A stretch of DNA of 64,000 bases from NCBI GenBank assembly GCA_964019425.1, contig OZ025784.1:1302001-1366000 (forward strand), in the 5' to 3' direction. The stretch comes from Flectonema sp. DT1601. Its lineage: Eukaryota. A program made the position numbers and the translations under genes. This document shows positions 33,501-45,698 of the stretch, one piece after another (positions within the stretch are counted from its first letter, which is position 1; every line of letters begins with the position of its first letter). The notes beneath the pieces were generated by a model. That model was not told the DNA's origin. It made no database searches and saw only the letters and a list, made by a program, of their open reading frames with translations.

Positions 33501-35674
33501 ATTTTTTTGGCAAAAGGGAGAGATAAGTCATGGATCATTAAACTCCATGTTAACCTTGACAATAACAAGTGTTGGACAGACCAAGCCTTCTGAGACCCAT
33601 ATAGTGGCATGGCGTCGACTTTTTTTAAAAAATTCCTGGTAAAAGTGGTCAGGCGCTCTCGCAATTTCTGTTCTTTGGCGTTCGGCTCAAACCAACGCCC
33701 GAGGTATTTGAACTCTCCAGCTTCCTGGAGATTCGTAATCGGAACATTGTTAATCTTCAGGTCCGGGTTCGCTGGTTTCCCTTGTACAAAGCTGTGAGCA
33801 ATGCATTTCTGGGGTTTCGCTTTCATACCACGAGACCAGGAAAGAAACTGTTCGAGCGACTTGATTAGCAATTTTGCCCCCGCCTTTGATGACGTGGTAA
33901 GTTGTAAATCATCAGCAAAAGCTGCAACTAATAGTTGGAGGGATTTATTGTTAAACTCGTAGGCTTCCTGTTGATGAACTGCTAAGGAAAAGAGCAGTAG
34001 TTGGAATACCAAATTAAAAAGGGTTGGGGAGGAAACGCAGCCTTGAAAGACACCAACTTCAAAAGGGATAGTGGGCGTCAGGCCTTCTCCAACTCTGATT
34101 TGGACGCGCATGGAGGAATAATACCTTTTATAGAAACCGATTATTCTTTCGTGAATTCCGAAATATTTTAAAGCAAAGAAAATTAATTGATGTTTGACTG
34201 AGCCGAAAGCATCTGCCAAATCCACCCAGACAATTGTTAGGTTTTTCCGGAGAGCTTTCACTTCTTTAAAAATCTCTGAGGTGATCGTAGCATGTTCGAT
34301 ACACCCAGAGACACCTTTCCTAAAGCCTTTTTGAAAATTAAATTTAGAAAGAGTGTGGTTTGCGACGGCTTCCTGAATAACCGTATTAAAAATTTTCCCG
34401 TCGCAGTTGCCCACAGCTATCGGTCTCGTTTTCGAGATGTCTTTCCCATCGGAGTTGGGCTTTGGGAGCATTGTTACAAACGCTAAGCCCCAACTATCCG
34501 GATAGGCCTTGAGTTCGAAAATTCTCTTTAATACCTTGTAAAGTGCTTCCATAAAAGTTGGGACCTTTTTCCATACAACATAAGGTATGCAATTGGGACC
34601 AGGGGCACATTTGTTTTTTTTCTTTGATAAGAGAATACCAAACTGTTCGAAGCTCGGGAACTGGATATCATCCATTGTCTTGTAGTCAGACTTAGGTAAA
34701 AAAGAGGGATGGGTGAAATCAGTTTTTTTTTTTTCATTGTCACAATAATTGTTTTTAAAATGTTCAATTATTTTTTCCTCTGGAATATCAAGGGAGGGGG
34801 GTTGAGGATCTTCTTTTTGGAGTTCTTCTTTTATGGCAGTAAACGGATTTTGACGAAATTTATCTTGTAATTTTTTGAATAAATTTTTCTTTTCTAAATT
34901 CCGATACATTCGGAAAATCCTTTTCATTCTCGTTCTTGCCTCTTTCCATTTGACAGCGTTCTCTATAGAAGGCCCAGATTTGCGGAGCTCCTGTCTTAGC
35001 TGTTTCATTTCCAGACGACATTCAAGTTTTTCTTGGTCGAGGATGACCTCTTCCCTTGATTTCTGTTTGCGGGGTAAATTCCGCTTTGTCTCTTCAAAGA
35101 AACCGCTACATATTTGATAAACCGTTTTGAGTAGTTTATCAAGTTGGTCGGCAGGTTTTGAAGAGTTTTCTGTTTCGACGGTGAAAGTTTGAAGTTTTTC
35201 TGCAGCAGAAACGTCGATGTCCTTCCATTCAGTTCCAAAAGATCGGAATTTGAGACGAGACGGGTGTAACGGGGTAAAAGTGGGTGTTGTAGAGTTATAA
35301 GGAACGAAAGCTGTTTGTGAAGTTTTAAAATCTACAGATTCTCCTACAAAGGGAGGTTCCAGGTCTGAATTATTCCCTGTGAGGGGAGACAGAGGTGTAC
35401 CTTTACATGTACCGTTAACACAGTGTTTCGCTCTCGTAGCGATACTTTTGAAAAGCTTACCACATTCTGGACAAGGTAAGTGGTAACAATCTTTAACTTG
35501 GGAGTGGGTAGATGGGGGAAAACGTGACTTATAGTCCTTAAATTCCTTACTAAACTTACAGTTACGTCTAAAATGCGCAACTGGACCTTTGAGGTATGTC
35601 TCAAAACATAAAGGACATTTGGCTACTAAAGTTTTATCCCCATCCAGAGCCGATCTCGAAATAGCCTCTTGCAA
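30548..35674 (-). CDS. Retrotransposon polyprotein: 2 N-terminal Zn fingers, RT, CCHC knuckle, restriction-like endonuclease, C-terminal coiled-coil extension (1708 aa from TTG)
   Basis: CPLC..H..C and CPEC..H..C; RT motifs APGPNCI, RPIAV, QKGF, WVDLADAFGSV, GVFQGCVSSPTLF, AFADDL, KYLG; CVLC..RHVLTGC; RFTWRHDSVL; RPDI..ILELTCP; KEKKY; EVGVRG. Confidence 0.95.
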   Translation of the reverse strand: MQEAISRSALDGDKTLVAKCPLCFETYLKGPVAHFRRNCKFSKEFKDYKSRFPPSTHSQVKDCYHLPCPECGKLFKSIATRAKHCVNGTCKGTPLSPLTGNNSDLEPPFVGESVDFKTSQTAFVPYNSTTPTFTPLHPSRLKFRSFGTEWKDIDVSAAEKLQTFTVETENSSKPADQLDKLLKTVYQICSGFFEETKRNLPRKQKSREEVILDQEKLECRLEMKQLRQELRKSGPSIENAVKWKEARTRMKRIFRMYRNLEKKNLFKKLQDKFRQNPFTAIKEELQKEDPQPPSLDIPEEKIIEHFKNNYCDNEKKKTDFTHPSFLPKSDYKTMDDIQFPSFEQFGILLSKKKNKCAPGPNCIPYVVWKKVPTFMEALYKVLKRIFELKAYPDSWGLAFVTMLPKPNSDGKDISKTRPIAVGNCDGKIFNTVIQEAVANHTLSKFNFQKGFRKGVSGCIEHATITSEIFKEVKALRKNLTIVWVDLADAFGSVKHQLIFFALKYFGIHERIIGFYKRYYSSMRVQIRVGEGLTPTIPFEVGVFQGCVSSPTLFNLVFQLLLFSLAVHQQEAYEFNNKSLQLLVAAFADDLQLTTSSKAGAKLLIKSLEQFLSWSRGMKAKPQKCIAHSFVQGKPANPDLKINNVPITNLQEAGEFKYLGRWFEPNAKEQKLRERLTTFTRNFLKKVDAMPLYGSQKAWSVQHLLLSRLTWSLMIHDLSLPFAKKMDKIIKPFLKKWWGFVRSANTVILFTGSKNTVGLRHKRVETLYKQAQSIKLDILRSSQDSDMHGVYNVIMEKSSNWSKKFSASAEWERLIKFFSYRSLAKQSAGLGHRLRDLRTTRPDLLKRFEVEATDELLNSLNKLQVQGQWKEWSKCMINDFTWNKVLREGNPAYISFQLKAVTNTLPSQDNLKRWNITNVDQNCVLCGKVNPTLRHVLTGCPVSLTQGRFTWRHDSVLKRIVIFLEELIIKANKRKENLPPPSQTFLKTGENKPLERISKETGELSLANDWVILDDVGDNRLIVPLEVCHVSSSLRPDIFIYSFFAKRALILELTCPNEDRFETSHVLKEKKYLKLRDSIIANGFDCNIFTIEVGVRGNICMDQLNIWTRHIGSPLAPTKALFCECTRIARQCSYVLFQTRNLPTWHSRPLMRSIKEEPATTSFIKDGKEIFPVEEVKIHKVTKLKTIEKLTIERSWLEKCFIWQTCYASALSILLIANGSSSPAPSVLLDEDELTGLSLSFSSISSISFQTPPTELMSTGSQTLPADFAIVIRTQSDMGSQTPLYKKKEGKLRLKLSLKCQILENELEQMKERIFYVLFLFYFNAMSASLEKDKQLLNGLPVEIKATNQDPSSLPPAPPVLIIEKDRKEYELLEGVIQRLTAERDESKTSLSALVRQYDLVEDYRKRELANLTQRADLSEMALFNYHQRFVLLSNELETKCNEERESKIRLFYTQQEVESLRAARPRMTHFSQQVSPRTPVLYESVAMMKIAKNYLSLFTTTSSLFTPLIKPLIPTLNYITPLCPLASIPPTMPQSEALDRTPTKFLRQESHVISVKENTPIARQWSEGRIDLLENYCRAVDDSLETNEKAAELSEQLLDAQLRLSELNHQRCTTHAEQLEQSMMLTGLASDLNAQLALARSQIAALKFQLASWAEGLSPPDTEEHEENETPPRKSERSTLKKRTPPSRYRYNRRRCSADDVHGDSTPL

Positions 35675-36559
35675 AGCCTCGGGGGCTGGGTTGGCTGAGA
35701 GATGGTTGCCAGTATCTTTATGACACCGCCGGCCCGGTGTTTCTTTTTTTTTTTGTTGTGAAGTAGCAATAATAAAAAAAAAAAAAAATAGAAAAGAGAA
35801 TGGCTCAGAAACAATATCGATGAGTTAAGATCTTTTTTTTTAAACTATTCCTTTTTTTTTAATTTCGGGCAGCTAACCCTAGAGTTTTTTTTTGGTAAAT
35901 ACTGTTTAAAGGAAAACGAGCTACGCTCTAAAACAGAAAAATCGGAGTAACTACTTGTTTATAATATATATTTTGATAAATAATGTGGTTGGCAAATGAA
36001 TGCCGAAGAGGCAACTTGAGAAAAGCAATTGGATGAGAAGAAACATTGGGTCTTATAAAGCAAAGGAGATAGAGGGGCCTAAAAAGACCGCAGAGTGGAT
36101 AGCTCCACAAAAGGCTGAATTTCGATAAAGTGGGAAGTAACGGACTGGGAGCTTTTGGCTCCTGCCCTATTCCCGATGTAAACTTTCTTTTTTTTTTTTT
36201 TTTTTTTTTAACAGGCCCAAAGGGCGACAATGATGGTTGCTGACCAAGGAATAATATTCAAATGAATTTTCGTTTCAAAGAAACGAACAGAATTAAGAGA
36301 GAGGTAGAGAAAAAAAAAAAAAAAAAAGAAAGAATAGAAAAAAATATGAAGAGGAAATAATCAAACATGAAAAAAAAAAAAAAATAAAATAAAATATAAA
36401 TAAAAAACGTTGTATGAAAACGGAAAAAAAGAAAAAAAAAGACCAGAAAAGGAAAGAGAAAATGAAAAGGTATAATATTATTGTGGGGATATGAGGATAG
36501 CAGGGAGATGCTCTTTTTTTTTTTTTTTTTTTTTTTTTATTTATTATTTAAAAAAAGGA

Positions 36560-36652
36560 AACAATCAGTTTAGCGTCTCGATCAGGACGGAAAATAGAAA
36601 TTAATCGACATAGTCGATCGATAGAAAAAAAAACAATGATAACATTGTTTAT

Positions 36653-36688
<36 letters not shown>

Positions 36689-36803
36689 CTTTTAATTATT
36701 TTAAAGAAAAAACAATCAGTTTAGCGTCTTGACCAGGACGGAAAATAGAAAGTAATCGACATAGTCGATCGATAGAAAAAAAAACAATGATAACATTGTT
36801 TAT

Positions 36804-36839
<36 letters not shown>

Positions 36840-37094
36840 CTTTTAATTATTTTAAAGAAAAAACAATCAGTTTAGCGTCTTGACCAGGACGGAAAATAGA
36901 AAGTAATCGACATAGTCGATCGATAAAAAAAAAAACAATGATAACATTGTTTATTCCTTTTTTTTTTTTTTTTTTTTTATTCTTTTTATTTATTTTTAAA
37001 GAAAAAACAATCAGTTTAGCGTCCTGACCAGGACGGAAAATTGAAAGTGATCGACATAGTCGATCGATAAAAAAACAATGATAACATTGTTTAT

Positions 37095-37131
<37 letters not shown>

Positions 37132-37243
37132 TTTTAATTATTTTTTAAAGAAAAAACAATCAGTTTAGCGTCTTGACCAGGACGGAAAGTAGAAAGTGAT
37201 CGACATAGTCGATCGATAAAAAACAATGATAACATTGTTTATT

Positions 37244-37275
<32 letters not shown>

Positions 37276-37387
37276 CCTTTTTATTATTTTAAAGAAAAAA
37301 CAATCAGTTTAGCGTCTTGACCAGGACGGAAAATAGAAAGTGATCGACATAGTCGATCGATAAAAAAACAATGATAACATTGTTTAT

Positions 37388-37425
<38 letters not shown>

Positions 37426-37679
37426 TTTTAATTATTTTTTAAAGAAAAAACAATCAGTTTAGCGTCTTGACCAGGACGGAAAGTAGAAAGTGATCGACAT
37501 AGTCGATCGATAAAAAACAATGATAACATTGTTTATTCTTTTTTTTTTTTTTTTTTTTTTTTTTAATCCTTTTTATTATTTTAAAGAAAAAACAATCAGT
37601 TTAGCGTCTTGACCAGGACGGAAAATAGAAAGTGATCGACATAGTCGATCGATAAAAAAACAATGATAACATTGTTTAT

Positions 37680-37718
<39 letters not shown>

Positions 37719-37829
37719 TTTTAATTATTTTTTAAAGAAAAAACAATCAGTTTAGCGTCTTGACCAGGACGGAAAGTAGAAAGTGATCGACATAGTCGAT
37801 CGATAAAAAACAATGATAACATTGTTTAT

Positions 37830-37868
<39 letters not shown>

Positions 37869-40608
37869 TTTTAATTATTTTTTAAAGAAAAAACAATCAG
37901 TTTAGCGTCTTGACCAGGACGGAAAGTAGAAAGTGATCGACATAGTCGATCGATAAAAAACAATGATAACATTGTTTATTCTTTTTTTTTTTTTTTTTTT
38001 TTTTTTAATCCTTTTTATTATTTTAAAGAAAAAACAATCAGTTTAGCGTCTTGACCAGGACGGAAAATAGAAAGTGATCGACATAGTCGATCGATAAAAA
38101 AACAATGATAACATTGTTTATTCTTTTTTTTTTTTTTTTTTTTAAATTCTTTTTATTTATTTTTAAAGAAAAAAAAAAACGGAAAATAAAAATTAGTCGA
38201 CAAAGTCGAACGATAAAAAAAAAACAATGATAACATTGTTTATTCTTTTTTTTTTTTGTTTTTTTTTATATTCTTTTTTATTAATTTTGAAAAAAAACAA
38301 TCAGTTTAGCGTCTTGACCAGGACGGAAAATAGAAAGTAATCGACATAGTCGATCGATAAAAAAAAACAATGATAACATTGTTTACTCTTTTTTTTTTTT
38401 TTTTTTAAATTCTTTTTATTTATTTTTTAAAAAGAAAAAAAACGGAAAATAGAAATTAGTCAACAAAGTCGAACGATAAAAAAAAAAACAATGATAACAT
38501 TGTTTATTCTTTTTTTTTTATTTTTTTTTTATATTCTTTTTTATTAATTTTGAAAAAAAAAAAAAAACAATCAGTTTAGCGTCTTGACCAGGACGGAAAA
38601 TAGAAAGTGATCGACATAGTCGATCGATAAAAAAAAACAATGATAACATTGTTTATTCTTTTTTTTTATTTTTTTTTTTAATATTTTTTTTTATTTTGAA
38701 AAAAAAACAATCAGTTTAGCGTCTTGACCAGGACGGAAAATAGAAAGTAATCGACATAGTCGATCGATAAAAAAAACAATGATAACATTGTTTATTCTTT
38801 TTTTTTTTTATTTTTTAAATTCTTTTTATTTATTTTTTAAAGAAAAAAAACGGAAAATAGAAATTAAGCAACAAAGTCGAACGATAAAAAAAAACAATGA
38901 TAACATTGTTTATTCTTTTTTTTATTTTTTTTTTTTAATATTTTTTTTTTATTTTGAAAAAAAAAAACAATCAGTTTAGCGTCTTGACCAGGACGGAAAA
39001 TAGAAAGTAATCGACATAGTCGATCGATAAAAAAAAACAATGATAACATTGTTTATTCTTTTTTTTTATTTTAAATTCTTTTTATTTATTTTTTAAAGAA
39101 AAAAAAAACGGAAAATAGAAATTAGTCGACAAAGTCGAACGATAAAAAAAAAAACAATGATAACATTGTTTATTCTTTTTTTTTTTGTATTTTTTTTAAT
39201 ATTCTTTTTTATTAATTTTGAAAAAAAAAAACAATCAGTTTAGCGTCTTGACCAGGACGGAAAATAGAAAGTGATCGACATAGTCGATCGATAAAAAAAA
39301 AAAAAAACAATGATAACATGGTTTATTCTTTTTTTTTATTTTAAATTCTTTTTATTTATTTTTAAAGAAAAAAAAAACGGAAAATAGAAATTAGTCGACA
39401 AAGTCGAACGATAAAAAAAACAATGATAACATTGTTTATTCTTTTTTTTGTATTTTTTTATATTCTTTTTTATTAATTTTGAAAAAAAAAACAATCAGTT
39501 TAGCGTCTTGACCAGGACGGAAAATAGAAAGTGATCGACATAGTCGATCGATAAAAAAACAATGATAACATTGTTTATTCTTTTTTTTTATTTTAAATTC
39601 TTTTTATTTATTCTTTAAAGAAAAGAAACGGAAAATAGAAATTAGTCGACAAAGTCGAACGATAAAAAAAAAACAATGATAACATTGTTTATTCTTTTTT
39701 TTTTTTTTTTTTTTATATTCTTTTTTATTAATTTTGAAAAAAAAACAATCAGTTTAGCGTCTTGACCAGGACGGAAAATAGAAAGTGATCGACATAGTCG
39801 ATCGATAAAAAAACAATGATAACATTGTTTATTCTTTTTTTTTATTTTAAATTCTTTTTATTTATTTTTTAAAGAAAAAAACGGAAAATAGAAATTAGTC
39901 AACAAAGTCGAACGATAAAAAAAACAATGATAACATTGTTTATTCTTTTTTTTTTTTTTTTTTTTTTTTTATATTCTTTTTTATTAATTTTGAAAAAAAA
40001 AACAATCAGTTTAGCGTCTTGACCAGGACGGAAAATAGAAAGTGATCGACATAGTCGATCGATAAAAAAACAATGATAACATTGTTTATTCTTTTTTATT
40101 TATTTTAAATTCTTTTTATTTATTTTTTAAAGAAAAAAAACGGAAAATAGAAATTAGTCAACAAAGTCGAACAATAAAAAAAAACAATGATAACATTGTT
40201 TATTCTTTTTTTTTTTTTTTTTTTTTATATTCTTTTTTATTAATTTTGAAAAAAAAAACAATCAGTTTAGCGTCTTGACCAGGACGGAAAATAGAAAGTA
40301 ATCGACATAGTCGATCGATAAAAAAAACAATGATAACATTGTTTATTCTTTTTTTTTTATTTTAAATTCTTTTTATTTATTATTTAAAGAAAAGAAACGG
40401 AAAATAGAAATTAGTCGACAAAGTCGAACGATAAAAAAAAACAATGATAACATTGTTTATTCTTTTTTTTTTTTTTTTTTATATTCTTTTTATTAATTTT
40501 TTAAAAAAAAAAAAAAAACAATCAGTTTAGCTCTTGACCAGGACGGAAAACTGGAAGTAATCGACATAGTCGATCGATAAAAAAAACAATGATAACATTG
40601 TTTCATCT
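36560..40608. repeat. Satellite 2 inside A1'
   Basis: Same units as 25047-28945. Confidence 0.95.
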
Positions 40609-42210
40609 TTTATATTTTTTAATTTTTTTTTATATTTGAAGAAAAGAAAGAAGAAAAAAAAAAAAAAAAAACAAGCGGAATTGATCATAATGGGTGGCAG
40701 GGGTTGATATAACTTCATTTGAAAATTCTTCTTTTTTAATTTCTTTTTTTTTGAAATTTTTTTTTTATTTAACAGGAGTTAAGATCACTTACATGAGTTA
40801 ACACAACACAGATACGAGAGTAGCAAAATGAGGTAACACTACCAATTCAACAAAAAATAATCAGGATCGGACACAAGGAGGAGAGTTCATTCTACCTCTC
40901 ACTGTCCTTGCTGGTATCTTAAGTGTCTTGGTATCTCTTGTGTGTCGGTATCTCGGAAGTGCTGGTATCTCGTATGTGCGTTGGTATCTCTTGCGTGTTG
41001 GTATCTCTTGCACATAATAAAAAAAAATATTGAGTTAACATGATCAGTTTTATTTATCATCAGAGACAGACCGGAACTATTTGAAAATAAAATGTAGATG
41101 GGAAACAGTGAAAATTAAAATGAATGATAAAATTAAATGAGATTTATGACATAACAGACCAGATAGAGAGTAATAAAGGGAAAAGGAAAACGGAAAGGGT
41201 TCATTCACTTAGTTAAAGTTAAGACCGATTAGTCAGTTTAAGGTCTTGACTAGGACCAACAAAAAAAAAAAAAAATATAAATAAATAAATAAATAACGAT
41301 CAAGCTGAGCTGATCTTGTTTTTATTAAAATAAGGGGAGCGGGAGGGATGGAAGGAATAAAGGAAAAAAAAAGAAAAGGTCGATCAGTTGGATCTGGTCG
41401 TCGAGAAGAAGAAGACAATTATTTTAAAGGTCGATCGGCATAGCCGATCGTTGAGAAAAATAACCAGATATAAATACAATCAGTTTAAATAAAAAAAAAA
41501 AATAAATAAATAAATAAAAAAAGTTTAACGATCAAGCTGAGCTGATCTTGTTTTTATTAAAATAAGGGGAGCGGGAGGGATGGAAGGAATAAAGGAAAAA
41601 AAAAGAAAAGGTCGATCAATTGGATCTGATCGTCGAGAAGAAGAAAACAATTATTTTTAAAAAAAAAATGATCGGTATAGCCGATCGTTGAGAAAAGAAC
41701 AGATATAAATACAATCGGTTTTGGTGATCGACGAGTGGAGCGATCACTTGACAAGAAGGAAAAAAGAAAGGACCGATTAATTGGGGCTTTGGTTGTATTC
41801 CCAAGGCATGTTTTTTTTTTTTTTTTTTTTATTATTCATTTACATTTTTTTTTTTTTTTTTTTTTTTAAATTAATAATCACATTTTGTTCAAAAATATTT
41901 CATATTAGAGTAAAAGAAAAAGAAAAAAAGAAATAAGAGAAAAAAAAAAAAAAACCATTGCTGGCCCCCTCACCACTCATAGAGGATGAGGAGGCCAGTA
42001 AGGCGTCACTCAAATCTATGCCAAGCCTTGGGAACTTGGATTGGGGTTTAGACCATTTATAATTAACAATTAACAATTAACCTGATTAACGTTATGATCT
42101 GACGGACATAAACATATCGATAAAATAATACAAACAAAAACGAACAATAAATAATAAATAAGCTAAAAAACTAAATAAACAAAGTGATGTGAAAGTAAGG
42201 AAAAAGAGAA

Positions 42211-42656
42211 TTACAAGGGGGTGGAGTCACCGTGAACGTCATCAGCAGAACATCTCCTTCGATTGTAACGATATCTTGATGGAGGGGTTCGTTTTTTCAG
42301 AGTTGAACGCTCAGACTTTCTCGGCGGAGTTTCATTTTCCTCATGTTCTTCTGTGTCTGGCGGACTCAAACCTTCTGCCCATGAAGCTAATTGGAACTTC
42401 AGGGCCGCTATTTGAGACCGTGCCAAGGCGAGTTGAGCATTTAAATCGCTCGCCAGTCCCGTTAACATCATGGATTGCTCAAGCTGCTCTGCGTGAGTTG
42501 TACACCGTTGGTGATTCAGCTCCGAGAGGCGAAGTTGGGCATCCAGAAGTTGTTCTGAGAGCTCTGCCGCTTTCTCGTTTGTTTCGAGAGAGTCATCTAC
42601 TGCTCGACAGTAGTTCTCGAGTAAGTCAATTCTACCCTCGGACCATTGTCTCGCAA
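42211..42656 (-). pseudogene. C-terminal fragment of the A1-type ORF
   Basis: ARQWSEGRIDLL...HGDSTPL is identical to the end of the 1708-aa ORF. Confidence 0.9.
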
Positions 42657-43892
42657 GAGTTGAATTTCCAGGTGAGATTTGGACTGTTAGCTTTTGGCTA
42701 AGGCCCTCCCTGAAGAGCAAGAACAAAAAAACTACTCACACCTGAAGAAAACATACACAAAGAACACACTGTAAGCTGTGTGTGTATTTTGTGTTTGTCA
42801 CAACAGGAGAGAAAAGAAAGAATGTCAAGGTTGGTCACCTTGCCTATCAACGCACAACATTGGTGGTCTCTACTAGACCCTGAGTGATCCCACTGGATCT
42901 CTCATCGTTCATAGTACCCTGTGTGAAGTTATAAAATCAAAGGTAAACTATGAACTACAAATGACTTAGCCTGTTATTATAATGCCACAGGCAGGCCCTG
43001 CATTCAGCAACTATCCAGCAGTGCTTGGATGTCCTGATCTTCTTCTAAAAAAAAGAAAGAAAAACAAAACTGTAGCTGGGATCACTCAGGATCAACAGAC
43101 TACCAATGCTACCTGTTGTACTTGCTCACTATGGGGGGTGATGCCAAACACCCAGAAGTACTTAACTGCTTTCCTTCTTGCTGCCCAGGAGTTTCTGACC
43201 AGAACTAATAGAAAATAAAAAGTAGATGGGAAACAATAAAAAGTAAAATGGATATAACTGAAGTTAAACAAGACAAATGAAGTAACAGACCAGAACAGAA
43301 AGAGAATAAAAAGAAAAGATATAGGCAAGAGTGATTGTAATAGAAGATTACAAATAAAAAAATGCAAGTATCAACACATGATCAAGATACACCAGCAGCT
43401 AACAAACAACATAAAATTGAAGATCAGTTGCCAGAGTATTTCAACCATGGTAGAATACTCGCCCCTCTGGCAGGGATTATCCCAGACTTGTCCTTTAATT
43501 TAGTTGGACACCATGGCTTACAACCCTTCCAGAGGGAAGCACCATTATGACTTCTATTTTTTTTCTTCAAGAAAATCATAAGGTGGGAACAAAGAAAAAT
43601 GCTAAGAGGAACCCCTTATTAACACCTAAGACATCTAAACTGCAGCCCAGCTTATGCCCAATGCACTAACAGGTCATTCCCTCACACTCAGATCAAAAAA
43701 TCAAAGTTCAGAGTGCATCTTAGCGTGAATGAGAGAATTTCCTCCCGCTTATTTTGAACAAAAGGGATAGGAGAAGGGATAGAAAACGAACATAACAATA
43801 AGATTCTAAGTGAGAAACACTTAGCAGAAACACTTAGCAGCTTTTAAGGAGCTGAAAAGCAAAAAAAAAATCTAAGTGAGAAACACTTAGTA
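42657..43892 (-). mobile_element. Element B, 3' part of a unit interrupted by A2 at 43892
   Basis: Starts at the fixed terminus GAGTTGAATTTCCAGG; the remainder resumes at 61037. Confidence 0.85.
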
Positions 43893-44085
43893 GAATTTCG
43901 ATAAAGTGGGAAGTAACGGACTGGGAGCTTTTGGCTCCTGCCCTATTCCCGATGTAAACTTTCTTTTTATTTTTATTTTTTTTTAACAGGCCCAAAGGGC
44001 GACAATGATGGTTGCTGACCAAGGAATAATATTCAAATGAATTTTCGTTTCAAAGAAACGAACAGAATTAAGAGAGAGGCAGAGA

Positions 44086-44118
<33 letters not shown>

Positions 44119-44167
44119 GAAAAAAAAAAAAAAAAAAATGAAGAGGAAATAATCAAACATGAAAAAA

Positions 44168-44203
<36 letters not shown>

Positions 44204-44362
44204 TAAAAAACGTTGTATGAAAAAGGAAAAAAAAGAAAAAAAAAAGACCAGAAAAGGAAAGAGAAAATGATAAGGTATAATATTATTGTGGGGATATGAG
44301 GGATAGCAGGGAGATGCTCTTTTTTTTTTTTTTTTTTTTCTTATTTATTATTTAAAAAAAGG

Positions 44363-44461
44363 AAACAGTCAGTTTAGCGTCTCGATCAGGACGGAAAATA
44401 GAAATTAATCGACATAGTTGATCGATAGAAAAAAAAAAACAATGATAACATTGTTTATTCA

Positions 44462-44493
<32 letters not shown>

Positions 44494-45664
44494 CTTTTTA
44501 ATTGTTTTAAAGAAAAAACAATCAGTTTAGCGTCTTGACCAGGACGGAAAATAGTAAGTAATCGACATAGTCGATCGATAAAAAAAAAAAACAATGATAA
44601 CATTGTTTATTCCTTTTTTTTTTTTTTTATTCTTTTTATTTATTTTTAAAGAAAAAACAATCAGTTTAGCGTCCTGACCAGGACGGAAAATAGAAAGTAA
44701 TCGACATAGTCGATCGATAAAAAAAACAATGATAACATTGTTTATTCTTTTTTTTTTTTTATTTTAATTCTTTTTATTTATTTTTAAAAAGAAAAAAAAT
44801 GGAAAATAGAAATTAGTCAACAAAGTCGAACGATAAAAAAAAACAATGATAACATTGTTTATTCTTTTTTTTTTTTATTTTTTTTATATTCTTTTTTATT
44901 AATTTTGAAAAAAAAACAATCAGTTTAGCGTCTTGACCAGGACGGAAAATAGAAAGTAATCGACATAGTCGATCGATAAAAAAAAACAATGATAACATTG
45001 TTTATTCTTTTTTTTTTTATTTTAAATTCTTTTTATTTATTTTTTAAAGAAAAAAAACGGAAAATAGAAATTAGTCGACAAAGTCGAACGATAAAAAAAA
45101 ACAATGATAACATTGTTTATTCTTTTTTTTGTATTTTTTTATATTCTTTTTTATTAATTTTGAAAAAAAAACAATCAGTTTAGCGTCTTGACCAGGACGG
45201 AAAATAGGAAGTAATCGACATAGTCGATCGATAAAAAAAACAATGATAACATTGTTTATTCTTTTTTTTTTTTTTTTTTTTTAAATTCTTTTTATTTATT
45301 TTTTAAAGAAAAAAAAAACGGAAAATAGAAATTAGTCAACAAAGTCGAACGATAAAAAAAAACAATGATAACATTGTTTATTCTTTTTTTTTATTTTTTT
45401 TTTTTAATATTTTTTTTTATTTTGAAAAAAAAACAATCAGTTTAGCGTCTTGACCAGGACGGAAAATAGAAAGTAATCGACATAGTCGATCGATAAAAAA
45501 AACAATGATAACATTGTTTATTCTTTTTTTCGTATTTTTTTATATTCTTTTTTATTAATTTTGAAAAAAAAAAAACAATCAGTTTAGCGTCTTGACCAGG
45601 ACGGAAAATAGAAAGTGATCGACATAGTCGATCGATAAAAAAAACAATGATAACATTGTTTATT

Positions 45665-45698
<34 letters not shown>

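Larger units (their letters stand above)
24603..36116 (-). mobile_element. Autonomous non-LTR retrotransposon A1, full unit (11,514 bp), RLE-encoding R2 group, HERO-like
   Basis: Bounded by the repeated terminus GAATTTCGATAAAGTGGG at 24603 and 36117. Has ~0.44-kb 5' region, RT-RLE ORF and ~5.9-kb 3' UTR. Confidence 0.88.
36117..42656 (-). mobile_element. Tandem 5'-truncated copy A1', first part, interrupted by element B at 42656
   Basis: Near-identical to 24603-30993 with one extra satellite-2 unit (offset changes from 11514 to 11663); continues at 63117. Confidence 0.88.

Noticed and set aside
24603..36116. Penelope-like or LTR element (because of the partial tandem, pseudo-LTR layout)
   Set aside because: The ORF has non-LTR RT plus CCHC/RHD/PD-E-K endonuclease motifs; no GIY-YIG, integrase or protease motifs seen.
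36090..36180. Hammerhead or HDV ribozyme at the TC|AG junctions
   Set aside because: The ends are NUC triplets, but I found no CUGANGA core with paired stems and no HDV P1 partner by eye. An Infernal search and a cleavage assay are needed to exclude a novel ribozyme.
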